NCBI GenBank assembly: GCA_029856435.1
Contig: JAHQXB010000179.1
Location: forward strand, 16,988 to 40,987
DNA: 24,000 bases
DNA from: Candidatus Jordarchaeia archaeon
Lineage (GTDB): Archaea; Asgardarchaeota; Jordiarchaeia; Jordiarchaeales; Jordiarchaeaceae
Direction of reading: 5' to 3'
Below the pieces are notes generated by a model. It ran no database searches. It saw only the letters and a program-made list of their open reading frames with translations, and was not told the DNA's origin. Shown here piece by piece: positions 1 to 8,935 of the stretch. Both the position numbers and the translations under genes were made by a program. Numbering within the stretch: position 1 is the stretch's first letter; each line of letters begins with the position of its first letter.

Positions 1-1
1 C

Positions 2-1081
2 GATTACCCCGTGGATCTGGACGCCTCGGCTATACTACGTTTGGGGGTGGGAATATTTGCTCGTATAGGTATGGGCAAGAGCGTTACCACTGCGGCTAAT
101 ATTGTGGGGTTATCCTCTCTGAAAAAGAAAGTTAATGTTATAGTTTGGGATCATACTGGTGAATATGCTACCAGCAATCTGGACAAGTTGTGTAGCAATT
201 TCCAGGTGATGTCTAGTTTAGAATTACCGGTGGTTCCTACAGATGCTAACGATATTGTTAAAACTCTGGCATTAGATGTGCTTCCCTCTCAGGCTAGGAA
301 GGCTGTAGAGGTGGCGGCGGATATTTTCGTTATGGATTTTACGTGTGGCGCTGCGGAACTCAACAGTGAATGTTTTATGTCCTACGTGAATGAGTGGCTA
401 GACGAATTCTATAAAAAAGATGGTTCTATAAGCAGCTGGAGTGCGGCCATACGGCGTCGGGTTAAATTGCTGGGTAAAGATATTTTTGCAGGGGGCAGCG
501 TGGATCAGTACAACACAATTTGGAAGAGGGCTGCTGGAAACATATTGGTTATTGACGCTTCTTGTGACACATTGGATGCTAGACAGGCTAAGATTGGAAC
601 CATTGCGGATTTGATTCTTCGAAACAGATACCCGATTCACCTAGTAATTGACGAGGCGAAAAACTATATTCCTGAGATGGGTGGCTCCTACGGTCAAATA
701 ACTGTTGGAAAGCCCTACCTTTCCTCAGGAAAAATAACAAGCCTTTCTGAGGAGGGCCGCAAGTTCGGGGCAAACCTAACCATCATTAATCAAAGAATAT
801 CCCGAATCTCAAAAACAGTCTTCTCAAACCTCAGCACCCTTTTCTGTGGCTGTTTAACAGCAGCAAATGATATGAGAGCCATAGAAGACTACACCGATTT
901 TCCAGAGATTCAAAAGATTCTTCCTCGTTTGGGGGTGGGAGAGTTCCTGATAGCTGGTATGGCCACTCCGCTGAAGGACCCTCTCTGTGTAACCATTGAA
1001 AAGGGAGACATACAGCTGGGCTACGGCGGAAACACAGTCTTTGATCTCCATAGGGACTTCGCGGAGAGGAATAGAATGTGA
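2..1081 (+). CDS. herA: HerA-like FtsK/HerA-superfamily ATPase (DUF87 type), 5'-truncated by the window edge
   Basis: The frame is open from base 2, with no stop before the listed GTG at 11, so the N-terminus lies upstream. Motifs seen: Walker A-like 'GIFARIGMGKS', 'WDHTGEY' (compare HerA DPHGEY), Walker B 'HLVIDEAKNY', and 'EGRKFGANLTIINQRISRISKTVFSNLST', typical of the HerA C-terminal half. The stop overlaps the next ORF's start (GTGA). Confidence 0.8.
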   Translation, partial: DYPVDLDASAILRLGVGIFARIGMGKSVTTAANIVGLSSLKKKVNVIVWDHTGEYATSNLDKLCSNFQVMSSLELPVVPTDANDIVKTLALDVLPSQARKAVEVAADIFVMDFTCGAAELNSECFMSYVNEWLDEFYKKDGSISSWSAAIRRRVKLLGKDIFAGGSVDQYNTIWKRAAGNILVIDASCDTLDARQAKIGTIADLILRNRYPIHLVIDEAKNYIPEMGGSYGQITVGKPYLSSGKITSLSEEGRKFGANLTIINQRISRISKTVFSNLSTLFCGCLTAANDMRAIEDYTDFPEIQKILPRLGVGEFLIAGMATPLKDPLCVTIEKGDIQLGYGGNTVFDLHRDFAERNRM

Positions 1082-2289
1082 ACAACCTTTTAAAATTCTT
1101 GGAAGAGGAGAAAAGTGGAAGTCGTGGTGGAGAAATTTTCCACCAGACACTGGACATACTTGAGTCTGAAGTGTATCGGTTCTACGACGTGTATCTGAAT
1201 CTCATAGAGTCAGTTGAGAATCTAAGTGAGAGTAAGCAGCTTGAAACCCTTACACTTAACACCAATCCCTCAGCCCGAGATGCTGTTACAGTTGCAGTTG
1301 ACGGTTCCTCCAATAGAAGCCAAAGGGCGGGATTGGATCTCATTGTAGTTTCAGCGGCAGGAATAACCTTCAAGTGTAACAATCCCGTGGCACACAACCC
1401 CTATATTGTTGGAAAGTGTATACCTGTTATGGGCCTGGTAGACGAGGACGTGGAGAGGATTCAAGCAGTTTCCCGCCAGTACCTTGAGCGCCTTGTTAGT
1501 CTACGTGCACTTGAGGGAAACAGTTGCGATCTCGTTTTGCTGGACGGTCCCTTCGTCCCTCACTATGATCTTCTGCCCTATAGTCTGGGGGAATCAGAAA
1601 TTTTCAGCAACCAGAGTCGAGAGGTGCAACAGGAGTACAAAATGGTTTTCGAAAAAATCTATGGAAACCAGGGCACTGCAGATATACTGGCTGAAAAGCT
1701 CTTAGAGACACTCCATGCTTTTGTGATAAAGTCCCCCCACTCTATGGATCTAATTTCAAAGTACAAGAACGTTTCCTACTGGTTAAGTGGAGTTTATGGC
1801 CGAATAAATGATGTCAACCTTTTGGATTCCCTTCTCCGACCGGGTAATCGGGAGGAGCTCAACATCACAGTTCCCCAAACAAGTGATCTGTGGACAACTC
1901 TGGCAAATAGGAAAATATTCGGCGAACGTTACTCCAAATTTCTCTCCCAGCAAAAGTTCTTCTACATAAAACCCCACCAAGAGGCTCTCCCCATCAGAGT
2001 GGAGGTGCACAAGGACATAGCGGAAAGCGAAAAGCAACTCGAATATGTGTGCTCCGCCATTTATTACCAGGCAAGCAACCTGAACAATGTGCCTTGGTCG
2101 CTTGAGTTTGCCCACGCGTTCAGCCTCATAGAAACAGATTTACCCAACTTTCTCGCGGACGAGTTATTAGCCAAGATCGTCAAAATAGCCCGGCAGAATA
2201 AAATTTCTCCCAAAAAGTTTTATCGCCTTTTTAAACCAAAACATGGATTAGAGGTGATTTGGAAGGTAAGCAAGCCTAGGGGGGTTTGA
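1078..2289 (+). CDS. nurA: NurA-domain nuclease
   Basis: 403-aa ORF whose GTG start overlaps the herA stop by 4 nt. 'VAVDGSSNRS' and 'LVLLDGPFVPHY' resemble the Asp-containing NurA-domain motifs. Its position directly after herA matches the known herA-nurA pairing. Confidence 0.7.
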   Translation: MNNLLKFLEEEKSGSRGGEIFHQTLDILESEVYRFYDVYLNLIESVENLSESKQLETLTLNTNPSARDAVTVAVDGSSNRSQRAGLDLIVVSAAGITFKCNNPVAHNPYIVGKCIPVMGLVDEDVERIQAVSRQYLERLVSLRALEGNSCDLVLLDGPFVPHYDLLPYSLGESEIFSNQSREVQQEYKMVFEKIYGNQGTADILAEKLLETLHAFVIKSPHSMDLISKYKNVSYWLSGVYGRINDVNLLDSLLRPGNREELNITVPQTSDLWTTLANRKIFGERYSKFLSQQKFFYIKPHQEALPIRVEVHKDIAESEKQLEYVCSAIYYQASNLNNVPWSLEFAHAFSLIETDLPNFLADELLAKIVKIARQNKISPKKFYRLFKPKHGLEVIWKVSKPRGV

Positions 2290-2290
2290 T

Positions 2291-3178
2291 TTGAACAATA
2301 AACACTCGGATTCAATGGGCTTTATCCGAGCGAATAGGGATGCGGTATCATTCACCACACTTTTCCCATCACTGGAGGTAGGGCAAGAACTCCGAAGAAA
2401 ATTCATTGACCAGTGCATAAAAAAATTCTGTGAAAAAAAGCCCATCCTGCCCACCCAGCAGATAAGGAAACTCATAGATGTTTTCTACTCCCGGGGAATA
2501 GAATCAATCATCGCTCGAGCCACAAGGCTACTCATCATACCAGCCGAACTACCCGAACTGGTAACAGAAATAACTGGACTAACACCAAACGGTAACGGTT
2601 GCCTAAAAACACTTATCCAAAAAGTCGAAAAGGAACTATCCCCCATCTTGGAAAAAGACGGAAGACTTTCTGCGTTAAAATACAGTCCCCTTCCCCTTGA
2701 GGGAACACATCAAGACTGGAATGAAACCAGAAAACTATTCGATGCCATACTTCACTTCCCCCCACTCGTAAACAAGGAAGAAATTATAAAAATCACCCAA
2801 AACATTTCTGACAACCCCAAACTAATCATAAAACAGCTCCATGACAACAAAATAATAAACCTCCAAGGACTGGGAAAAGAAACACTCATATGGAAAGTGG
2901 GAATACCGCCCCCCAAAAACATTGTATCCGCCCTAAGAGAAATACGCCAGAAAAAACTAGAAGTGACCACCCTCCAAATTCTGCAGCACCAAACCATAAA
3001 CCAAATTAAAAACTTCAATTCCCAGGAACGCCTAATAGAAACCCTAGAAATACTAATAAAACACAACATACTAAAAGAAGAAGGGGGAAAATATCAGATA
3101 GACCAATACCCTTCCATAAGCCTCGAAGCCGCCATAAACGATGTAACCCCCCTCATCCAACTATACCGCTGCATATAA
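2291..3178 (+). CDS. hypothetical protein (orphan; wHTH-like stretches in the C-terminal half)
   Basis: 295-aa ORF starting 1 nt after the nurA stop (TTG 2291; first ATG 2315). A G-rich SD-like 'AGGGGGG' lies at 2278-2284. I recognised no family. 'LHDNKIINLQGLGKETLIWKV' and 'LIKHNILKEEGGKYQI' look like winged-helix wings. The only antisense ORF (2752-3069) looks like a shadow frame. Confidence 0.6.
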   Translation: MNNKHSDSMGFIRANRDAVSFTTLFPSLEVGQELRRKFIDQCIKKFCEKKPILPTQQIRKLIDVFYSRGIESIIARATRLLIIPAELPELVTEITGLTPNGNGCLKTLIQKVEKELSPILEKDGRLSALKYSPLPLEGTHQDWNETRKLFDAILHFPPLVNKEEIIKITQNISDNPKLIIKQLHDNKIINLQGLGKETLIWKVGIPPPKNIVSALREIRQKKLEVTTLQILQHQTINQIKNFNSQERLIETLEILIKHNILKEEGGKYQIDQYPSISLEAAINDVTPLIQLYRCI

Positions 3179-3183
3179 CCTTC

Positions 3184-4356
3184 CTAGAAGTCAACCTCCC
3201 TACCATAATAAATACATTCATAGATCTTCTCTATATCCTCTCTGGTAAATGTTCTAGGATTCAGTGTACTTGAAGCATCCTGAATTGTCAGCCTAACCAA
3301 ACGCTCAAAATTTTCTCTAAAATCCTTCTCCCCAATACCCAAATCCCTTAAACACATGGGAATTTCAATCTCCCTTAAAAGATTCCTTGTCCTTTCAGCC
3401 AGAGCCTTAGCCGCCCTCCACTCATCCTTCTCCCTAATCCCAATAAGTTCCGCCAGCTCAGCTAGGTGCTTTGCAGAGGTGGGAATATTATACTCAATGA
3501 CATAGGGTAAAGCAACACCACAAACCAAGCCATGCGGTAAACCAAACACCGCCCCCACCGAGTGAGCTACCCCATGTGCAATGCCCACAGAAGCATTTCC
3601 AAAAGCCAAGCCAGCCATAGTTGCCGCGTTTGCCATCTTGGTGCGGGCCTCCATATCCCTACCATCCCTGTAAGCCCTAGGAAGATACTCAAAAATAAAC
3701 TGGATAGCCCTCATAGCAAAGGCATCAGAAAAATCGTTCTTCCAAGAATTAATGTAACTCTCCACAACATGGGTCAAAGCATCCAGACCAGTAACCGCAG
3801 TCAATCTAGGGGGCATACTAAGCGTAAGTTTGGGATCAACAATCGCCGCAAAGGGGACAATCTCCTTCGCCATCAAAATCATCTTCCTATGCTCCCTAGT
3901 ATCAGTAACCACCGCAGCCCAAGTAACCTCAGAACCCGTACCACTAGTGGTTGTAATAGTAATGAGCCGCGCCCTCTGATTAACCCTCACTGGAGTAAAG
4001 GCGTTAATGTCCTCCAATCTCTTTTCCGGATTCTCCCACAACACCCAAGCAGCCTTAGCAGCGTCCATGCTGGAGCCACCACCCAAGCCCACTATCCAAT
4101 CCGGCTCATAATCATTCAGCATATCTAAAATTTTAAACACCGTAGTATCTGAAGGATCCGGCTCCACCTCATCAAAAACCTCACACTCTATACCTGCAGT
4201 CTTCAACTTTTCCCTAACCCTGTCAACAATCCCCAAATCTGCTATAACTCTATCCGTAACTATAAGCGCCTTGCTGCCCTTAACTTGCTCTAGGTAATCC
4301 AAAGCGTCTTCTCCAAAAACCACTTTAGGTCCGATAAAAAACCACAAAACCATCAC
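3184..4356 (-). CDS. iron-containing (group III) alcohol dehydrogenase
   Basis: Motifs 'GLGGGSSMDAAKAAW' (GGGS nucleotide-binding) and 'HGVAHSVGAVFGLPHGLVCG' (metal-binding His) over 390 aa. The listed start is GTG 4356, with ATG at 4353 immediately after. Confidence 0.9.
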   Translation of the reverse strand: MMVLWFFIGPKVVFGEDALDYLEQVKGSKALIVTDRVIADLGIVDRVREKLKTAGIECEVFDEVEPDPSDTTVFKILDMLNDYEPDWIVGLGGGSSMDAAKAAWVLWENPEKRLEDINAFTPVRVNQRARLITITTTSGTGSEVTWAAVVTDTREHRKMILMAKEIVPFAAIVDPKLTLSMPPRLTAVTGLDALTHVVESYINSWKNDFSDAFAMRAIQFIFEYLPRAYRDGRDMEARTKMANAATMAGLAFGNASVGIAHGVAHSVGAVFGLPHGLVCGVALPYVIEYNIPTSAKHLAELAELIGIREKDEWRAAKALAERTRNLLREIEIPMCLRDLGIGEKDFRENFERLVRLTIQDASSTLNPRTFTREDIEKIYECIYYGREVDF

Positions 4357-4380
4357 CCACCCAAAGATAATAAAAAAGAT

Positions 4381-4785
4381 TTAGAGAAATTCACTCTGAA
4401 TTGCGGTGGTGGTGTTAACCATCTCCTGTGCTGCCTTAGTGTACCGCATTACCTTAGCCATATCGCCCTTCAACTTTAACTTCCCCGTCATCAATCCTCG
4501 AATTGCATCCAGTTCCTTCTTAATCACTCTAACCCAAACACTGTAGGGAGCCTCGATGACAAAACTCGTCTTTTTCTCCTCACCTGGCTTCAAAACATAA
4601 GCTTCCCTGCACTTCCCATGATGAAGATCAAGGTATATGGCTGTCCTCTGCTTCAATTTATCATCAGGATCCAGAACGAAAAGAAAGTCGCCCTCCCAGT
4701 CCAGAGCCGCATCCTCATAAGCCTTATTCTCGTTTAAAGCCTTCATATACGCCTTCGCCCAATCGTCGCTAGGAAACTTAACCAT
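4381..4785 (-). CDS. SCP2 sterol-carrier-like domain protein
   Basis: 134 aa. 'FPSDDWAKAYMKALNENKAYEDAA...GDFLFVL' and the C-terminal 'GLMTGKLKLKGDMAKVMRY' match the SCP-2 fold signature. It lies 24 bp upstream of the ADH on the same strand, so they probably form an operon. Confidence 0.75.
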   Translation of the reverse strand: MVKFPSDDWAKAYMKALNENKAYEDAALDWEGDFLFVLDPDDKLKQRTAIYLDLHHGKCREAYVLKPGEEKKTSFVIEAPYSVWVRVIKKELDAIRGLMTGKLKLKGDMAKVMRYTKAAQEMVNTTTAIQSEFL

Positions 4786-5139
4786 AAAACCAACTCCAAT
4801 TCACTAATACTCCTTAAAAATTAAGAAACCAACACCATAGAATATAAATCTTGTCAAAAAAAGGACGAAAAGTTCTGAAAACTGCTCATGAACCTAAAAT
4901 TTCCCTTCACTAAATGTTTCTATAAAAACTCCCAAACTATTGGGCAACCAACTGGTTTCTGCCTAAAAAATAGAGAAAAATATAATATAAATAATAATAA
5001 GAACAAAGGAATAGTCATAGCTAATATCTTATGCTAGCATAGATACGGCAAATGTTGAAAAGTTTTTAAAATTTAGAACTGAGGCGAAAATAATTTTAAG
5101 AACATATACCAAAAAATATTCACTCAAACATGTTAGAAA

Positions 5140-5144
5140 GGAGG
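5140..5144 (+). promoter_or_regulatory. Shine-Dalgarno-like site for the DUF362 gene
   Basis: 'GGAGG' lies 6 nt upstream of ATG 5151. Confidence 0.5.
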
Positions 5145-5150
5145 ATAGAC

Positions 5151-6476
5151 ATGGCAAAATCTGAAGTATTTTATATGGACGACAGAAGTGAAAGCACAGC
5201 AACCAGCCTAGTAGCAAAAGCACTCCACCTATTTGAACAGGCCAAACTAAACGAGTGCGTAGACAAAGGCGACTATGTGGCAATAAAAGTACATATGGGC
5301 GAATGGAACAACACCGCCTACCTCCGACCAGTCTACGTGAGAGCAATCGCGGACAAAGTTAAAGAACTGGGAGGAAGGCCCTTCGTTGTTGATACAACCA
5401 CCCTACCCTACGCTCCCTACGTGTTCCGGACAAACGCTTGGGACGAGTACATGACCATAGAGAGAAACGGTTTCAATTCAGGAACAGTAGGATGCCCCGT
5501 AATAATAGGAGACGGCTTCCTAGGAACAGACGATGTCCGAGTAGACCTACCCGAAGGATACATACTCAAAGAACAATATATAGCAACTGCAATTGCATGT
5601 GCGGATGCTATGATAGTACTAACCCACTTTAAGGGACACCCAATGGGGGTATTCGGAGGATCCATCAAAAACATCGGTGTAGGATGTGCATCTAAGAGAG
5701 GGAAATACAATCTACATCTGGGGGTTCATCCCGTACTAGGTTTGCAGGCGTTAGGTTACTTCCCACAATACTGTAACGGTAGAGAATGCGAGAAGTGGGA
5801 AACATGCATCTCTTGTTGCCCTGAGGGTGCACTGTCTGTTCCTGAAGATGGGCCGATTCAATTTAATCGAGAACTGTGCAAGGGTTGTTTGGCTCACCTA
5901 TTTATGACCTTAGATTGTGGTGTTTTCGCAACCCTTGAAGTGCTAGACACCCTTGAAGCGAGCTGTGTTGCAATAGCTGACTCAGCACTTGCCTGTATGA
6001 AAACCTTCGAGCCGGGAAAAGTGGGATTCATAAACTTTGCAATAGACAGCACTCCCTGGTGCGATTGCATCCCCTACTCCGACCGACCCATTATCCCAAA
6101 CATGGGCGTCTTCGCCGGTAAAGATCCGGTAGCGATAGACCGAGCCTGCTTAGACATGGCTATAAAATCAGTGGGAATGCCGGGCTCAGCAGCCGAACAA
6201 AAATTCGTAGCAGCCCCAGGCTTACCCAAGTTCAGTGCTGCGGGCTCCTTTATGGGTATAAGCGAAGACATACAGTGCAATGTGGGGCAGGAGATAGGTT
6301 TAGGCAGTAAAGATTACGTGCTGAAAACTGTTGAACCTATGGAATCAGCGCTGTCAACCTTTCTGTACCCGCAAACCGCAGGCTCCACTTTGAGGAAATT
6401 CTACAAGAAGATACACCCCGTCCCCAAAGAGGGATTCAAACGAGTTGAACACCCCGACTTACAAAAAGTGAGGTGA
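5151..6476 (+). CDS. DUF362-domain protein with an inserted 4Fe-4S ferredoxin-like Cys cluster region
   Basis: 'DYVAIKVHMGEWNNTAYLRPVYVRAIADKVKELGGRPFVVDTTT' is DUF362-like. Cys-rich insert: 'CISCCPEGA...CKGCLAHLFMTLDCG'. I prefer ATG 5151 over the listed 5130 because 'GGAGG' (5140-5144) sits 6 nt upstream. Confidence 0.8.
   Translation: MAKSEVFYMDDRSESTATSLVAKALHLFEQAKLNECVDKGDYVAIKVHMGEWNNTAYLRPVYVRAIADKVKELGGRPFVVDTTTLPYAPYVFRTNAWDEYMTIERNGFNSGTVGCPVIIGDGFLGTDDVRVDLPEGYILKEQYIATAIACADAMIVLTHFKGHPMGVFGGSIKNIGVGCASKRGKYNLHLGVHPVLGLQALGYFPQYCNGRECEKWETCISCCPEGALSVPEDGPIQFNRELCKGCLAHLFMTLDCGVFATLEVLDTLEASCVAIADSALACMKTFEPGKVGFINFAIDSTPWCDCIPYSDRPIIPNMGVFAGKDPVAIDRACLDMAIKSVGMPGSAAEQKFVAAPGLPKFSAAGSFMGISEDIQCNVGQEIGLGSKDYVLKTVEPMESALSTFLYPQTAGSTLRKFYKKIHPVPKEGFKRVEHPDLQKVR
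6470..6476 (+). promoter_or_regulatory. Shine-Dalgarno-like site for aor, embedded in the end of the upstream gene
   Basis: 'GAGGTGA' lies 5 nt upstream of ATG 6482 and overlaps the DUF362 stop codon, which suggests translational coupling. Confidence 0.55.
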
Positions 6477-6481
6477 GCGAA

Positions 6482-8335
6482 ATGTTCGGATGGATGGGTA
6501 AATACCTAAGAGTAAACCTAACAGAAGAAAAAATAAAAGAGGTACCTATAGACGAGCAATGGGCCAAAACATGGATTGGAGGCAGCGGATTTGGAGCGCG
6601 CCTACTCTACGACGAGGTCCCTCCAAAGATAGACGAGTTCGACGAAAAAAACAAACTCTACTTCTTCACCGGACCCCTATCAGGAGGCTTGCCCTGTAGT
6701 TCAAGATTCACCGTAGTATTCAAATCTCCCATATCTCACGGGTATGGAGAAGCAAACTCCGGCGGATACTTCGCCTTTGAAATGAAGAGAGCTGGATACG
6801 ATGGAATAGTCATCGAAGGAAAATCCAAAAAACCAGTATACCTCTCAGTAAAAGACAACAAATACGAGCTGAGAGACGCTTCAAAAATCTGGGGGCAAGG
6901 CACATTCAAGACCCAGGAAATGATACGAGAAGAACTGGGCGAGAAAAAAGCCAGAGTCCTGTGTATAGGGCCAGCTGGCGAGAAGAAATCTAAACTAGCC
7001 TGCATCATAAACGATGAAGCCCGGGCCCTAGGAAGAGGCGGGGCCGGAGCAGTGATGGGAAGCAAAAACTTCAAGGCCATAGCCATCAAAGGAACAGGAG
7101 ACATACAGTGGGCAAACCCAGACGCAGTAAAAGAACAAATCAAAAAGTATACCCACTGGATAGAAATCAACCCCATGGTGGCACTAGGCCTAGGAAAATA
7201 TGGAACCGAATACTTTATGGACTCCATGAAGCCCCTCGGAGACATCCCCATCAAAAACTGGCAACTAGGAGAATGGGAAGGAACAGACAAAATCGGCGGC
7301 GGAGCCATGTACAAAACCATACTCAAAAAACAAACTGCCTGCTACAACTGTCCCATAAGGTGCGGAAGGTGGGTGGAAATCAAGGGAGGACCCTACAAAT
7401 ACGAGGGACCAGGACCAGAATACGAAACCTGCGGAACATTCGGCTCACTACTACTCATTGATAACCTTGAGCCCATATCTTGGATCAACTACCTCTGCAA
7501 CGATTATGGAGTGGACACCATATCCACAGGAGCCACAGTAGCTTGGGCCATAGAAGCCTACGAAAAGGGAATAATAAAAAAGAACGACATAGACGGAATA
7601 GAACTAGCATGGGGAAACGCCGATGCAGTGGTCAGACTCACAGAAAAAATAGTGAGAAGAGAAGGAAAAGCTGGACAACTATTGGCAGACGGCTCACAAG
7701 CGGCAGCTGACAAACTGGGTAAAGGACACGAATTTCTAACAACAGTCAAAGGACTCGAAGCTCCAATGCACGACCCCCGAGCATTCTACAGTATGGGAGT
7801 AGAGTATGCCACTGCACCACGAGGCGCATGCCACGTGACGGGATATCCCTCTATAGCGGATATGGGACTACTACAACCACCCGCAGGTATAACCAAAAGA
7901 ACCGGAAGATTCGACCCCACAGGAAAGGGTACACTCACTGCAGTCATGCAAGACGTTTTCGCGGTACTGGCAGCAGGAGTCATTTGTATGTTTGGTGGCA
8001 CCGCTATGAGTACGCCCACTTTCTTGGAGGCCTTCAGAAATTGTTGTGGTTGGAACATCGATGAGCTAACACTAAACATTACCGCCGACCGCTTGTTTAA
8101 CCTTAAGTGGGCTTACTGTGTTCGTGCCGGTATGTCTGCCAAGGACAACAAGCTTCCCCCAAGACTCCTGACACCTACCAAAGAGGGCGGCCAGAAGGGC
8201 AGGGTTCCCCCAATGGACATAATGATGAAAGAGTACTATGCATTCCGCGGCTGGACCGAGGACGCTATTCCCACCAAAGACCGCTTAATAATTATTGGCC
8301 TGCCTGATGTGGCAAAAGACCTGTGGGGCACCTAA
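6482..8335 (+). CDS. aor: tungsten-type aldehyde:ferredoxin oxidoreductase (AOR family)
   Basis: The N-terminus 'MFGWMGKYLRVNLTEEKI...WIGGSGFGARLLYDEV' is classic AOR. Also seen: 4Fe-4S ligand motif 'CYNCPIRC', 'CNDYGVDTISTG' and 'GVICMFGG'. ATG 6482 is preceded by 'GAGGTGA' (6470-6476), which overlaps the upstream stop. Confidence 0.92.
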   Translation: MFGWMGKYLRVNLTEEKIKEVPIDEQWAKTWIGGSGFGARLLYDEVPPKIDEFDEKNKLYFFTGPLSGGLPCSSRFTVVFKSPISHGYGEANSGGYFAFEMKRAGYDGIVIEGKSKKPVYLSVKDNKYELRDASKIWGQGTFKTQEMIREELGEKKARVLCIGPAGEKKSKLACIINDEARALGRGGAGAVMGSKNFKAIAIKGTGDIQWANPDAVKEQIKKYTHWIEINPMVALGLGKYGTEYFMDSMKPLGDIPIKNWQLGEWEGTDKIGGGAMYKTILKKQTACYNCPIRCGRWVEIKGGPYKYEGPGPEYETCGTFGSLLLIDNLEPISWINYLCNDYGVDTISTGATVAWAIEAYEKGIIKKNDIDGIELAWGNADAVVRLTEKIVRREGKAGQLLADGSQAAADKLGKGHEFLTTVKGLEAPMHDPRAFYSMGVEYATAPRGACHVTGYPSIADMGLLQPPAGITKRTGRFDPTGKGTLTAVMQDVFAVLAAGVICMFGGTAMSTPTFLEAFRNCCGWNIDELTLNITADRLFNLKWAYCVRAGMSAKDNKLPPRLLTPTKEGGQKGRVPPMDIMMKEYYAFRGWTEDAIPTKDRLIIIGLPDVAKDLWGT

Positions 8336-8372
8336 AGCCGTTTGAACTGAGTATACCTCACTACTTATTCTC

Positions 8373-8378
8373 TTTTTT
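8373..8378 (+). terminator. oligo-T tract downstream of aor (candidate archaeal-type terminator)
   Basis: A T6 run lies about 40 nt after the aor stop. Archaeal termination commonly uses oligo-T tracts. Only the position and sequence support this call. Confidence 0.3.
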
Positions 8379-8492
8379 GATTCGACAGTTCTTTCCTTGG
8401 GTACCCCTTCCTGGCACCATATTCAAAAGGCTAAAATACTATTTTTCGATTAGTTAACCTTGCTTAATGCTTTGCTTGGCCTATGGACTCTC

Positions 8493-8499
8493 GAGGTGG
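8493..8499 (+). promoter_or_regulatory. Shine-Dalgarno-like site for the MoaD/ThiS-like gene
   Basis: 'GAGGTGG' lies 4 nt upstream of ATG 8504. Confidence 0.45.
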
Positions 8500-8503
8500 T
8501 TTT

Positions 8504-8797
8504 ATGAGGGTTACCGTCAAGTATTATGGTGTGATTAAGGAGCTTGCTGGCACTTCTTGGGAAGAGTATGATTTACCGCAAGGTTCTTCTCTTAAGGATT
8601 TAATGAATCTAATTGTTGACAAGCATAGAGGGGATGGGTTGTATGATAAACTTTGGGACAAGAAGGAGAACGAACTTAAACCCCTAGTTATGGTGGTTGT
8701 CGACGGAGAGGACCCCATAGAGCGAGGCGGCTACAACATGGTGAAGCTTAAGGAGGGCTCCAAGGTGGAGTTGACTATGGCTTTTGCTGGAGGGTGA
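8504..8797 (+). CDS. MoaD/ThiS-family beta-grasp protein with C-terminal Gly-Gly
   Basis: 'MRVTVKYYGVIKELAG...' and an ending of '...ELTMAFAGG' directly before the stop. I prefer ATG 8504 over 8483 because 'GAGGTGG' (8493-8499) lies 4 nt upstream. Confidence 0.75.
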   Translation: MRVTVKYYGVIKELAGTSWEEYDLPQGSSLKDLMNLIVDKHRGDGLYDKLWDKKENELKPLVMVVVDGEDPIERGGYNMVKLKEGSKVELTMAFAGG

Positions 8798-8815
8798 AGA
8801 CTTATTTTGTGGCGC

Positions 8816-8820
8816 TTTTT
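8816..8820 (+). terminator. oligo-T tract downstream of the MoaD/ThiS-like gene
   Basis: A T5 run lies about 20 nt after the stop. Same reasoning as the aor oligo-T tract. Confidence 0.25.
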
Positions 8821-8935
8821 AATTGTTCCTCAGATTTATATATCCAAAATAGGTGAATTTAGATTTAAAAATATGAATCGAATGTTGGTTTTCTGAAACT
8901 GGTTAGAACTTAATTTTGAAATTTAAATTTGTAAG

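Noticed and set aside
3562-4128. A long antisense ORF inside the ADH gene. Similar ones occur at 6736-7326 (AOR), 13487-14071 (ilvD), and 15131-15661 and 16121-16609 (the GlcF/GlcD-like genes).
   Set aside because: Each lies fully within and opposite a gene with strong family motifs. Their translations are low-complexity, rich in Ser, Pro and Arg, and show no recognisable domains.
5030-5041. A perfect 12-bp palindrome, 'TATGCTAGCATA', in the divergent promoter region between the SCP2 and DUF362 genes.
   Set aside because: Palindromes with 6-bp half-sites are expected several times by chance in 24 kb, and nothing corroborates this one.
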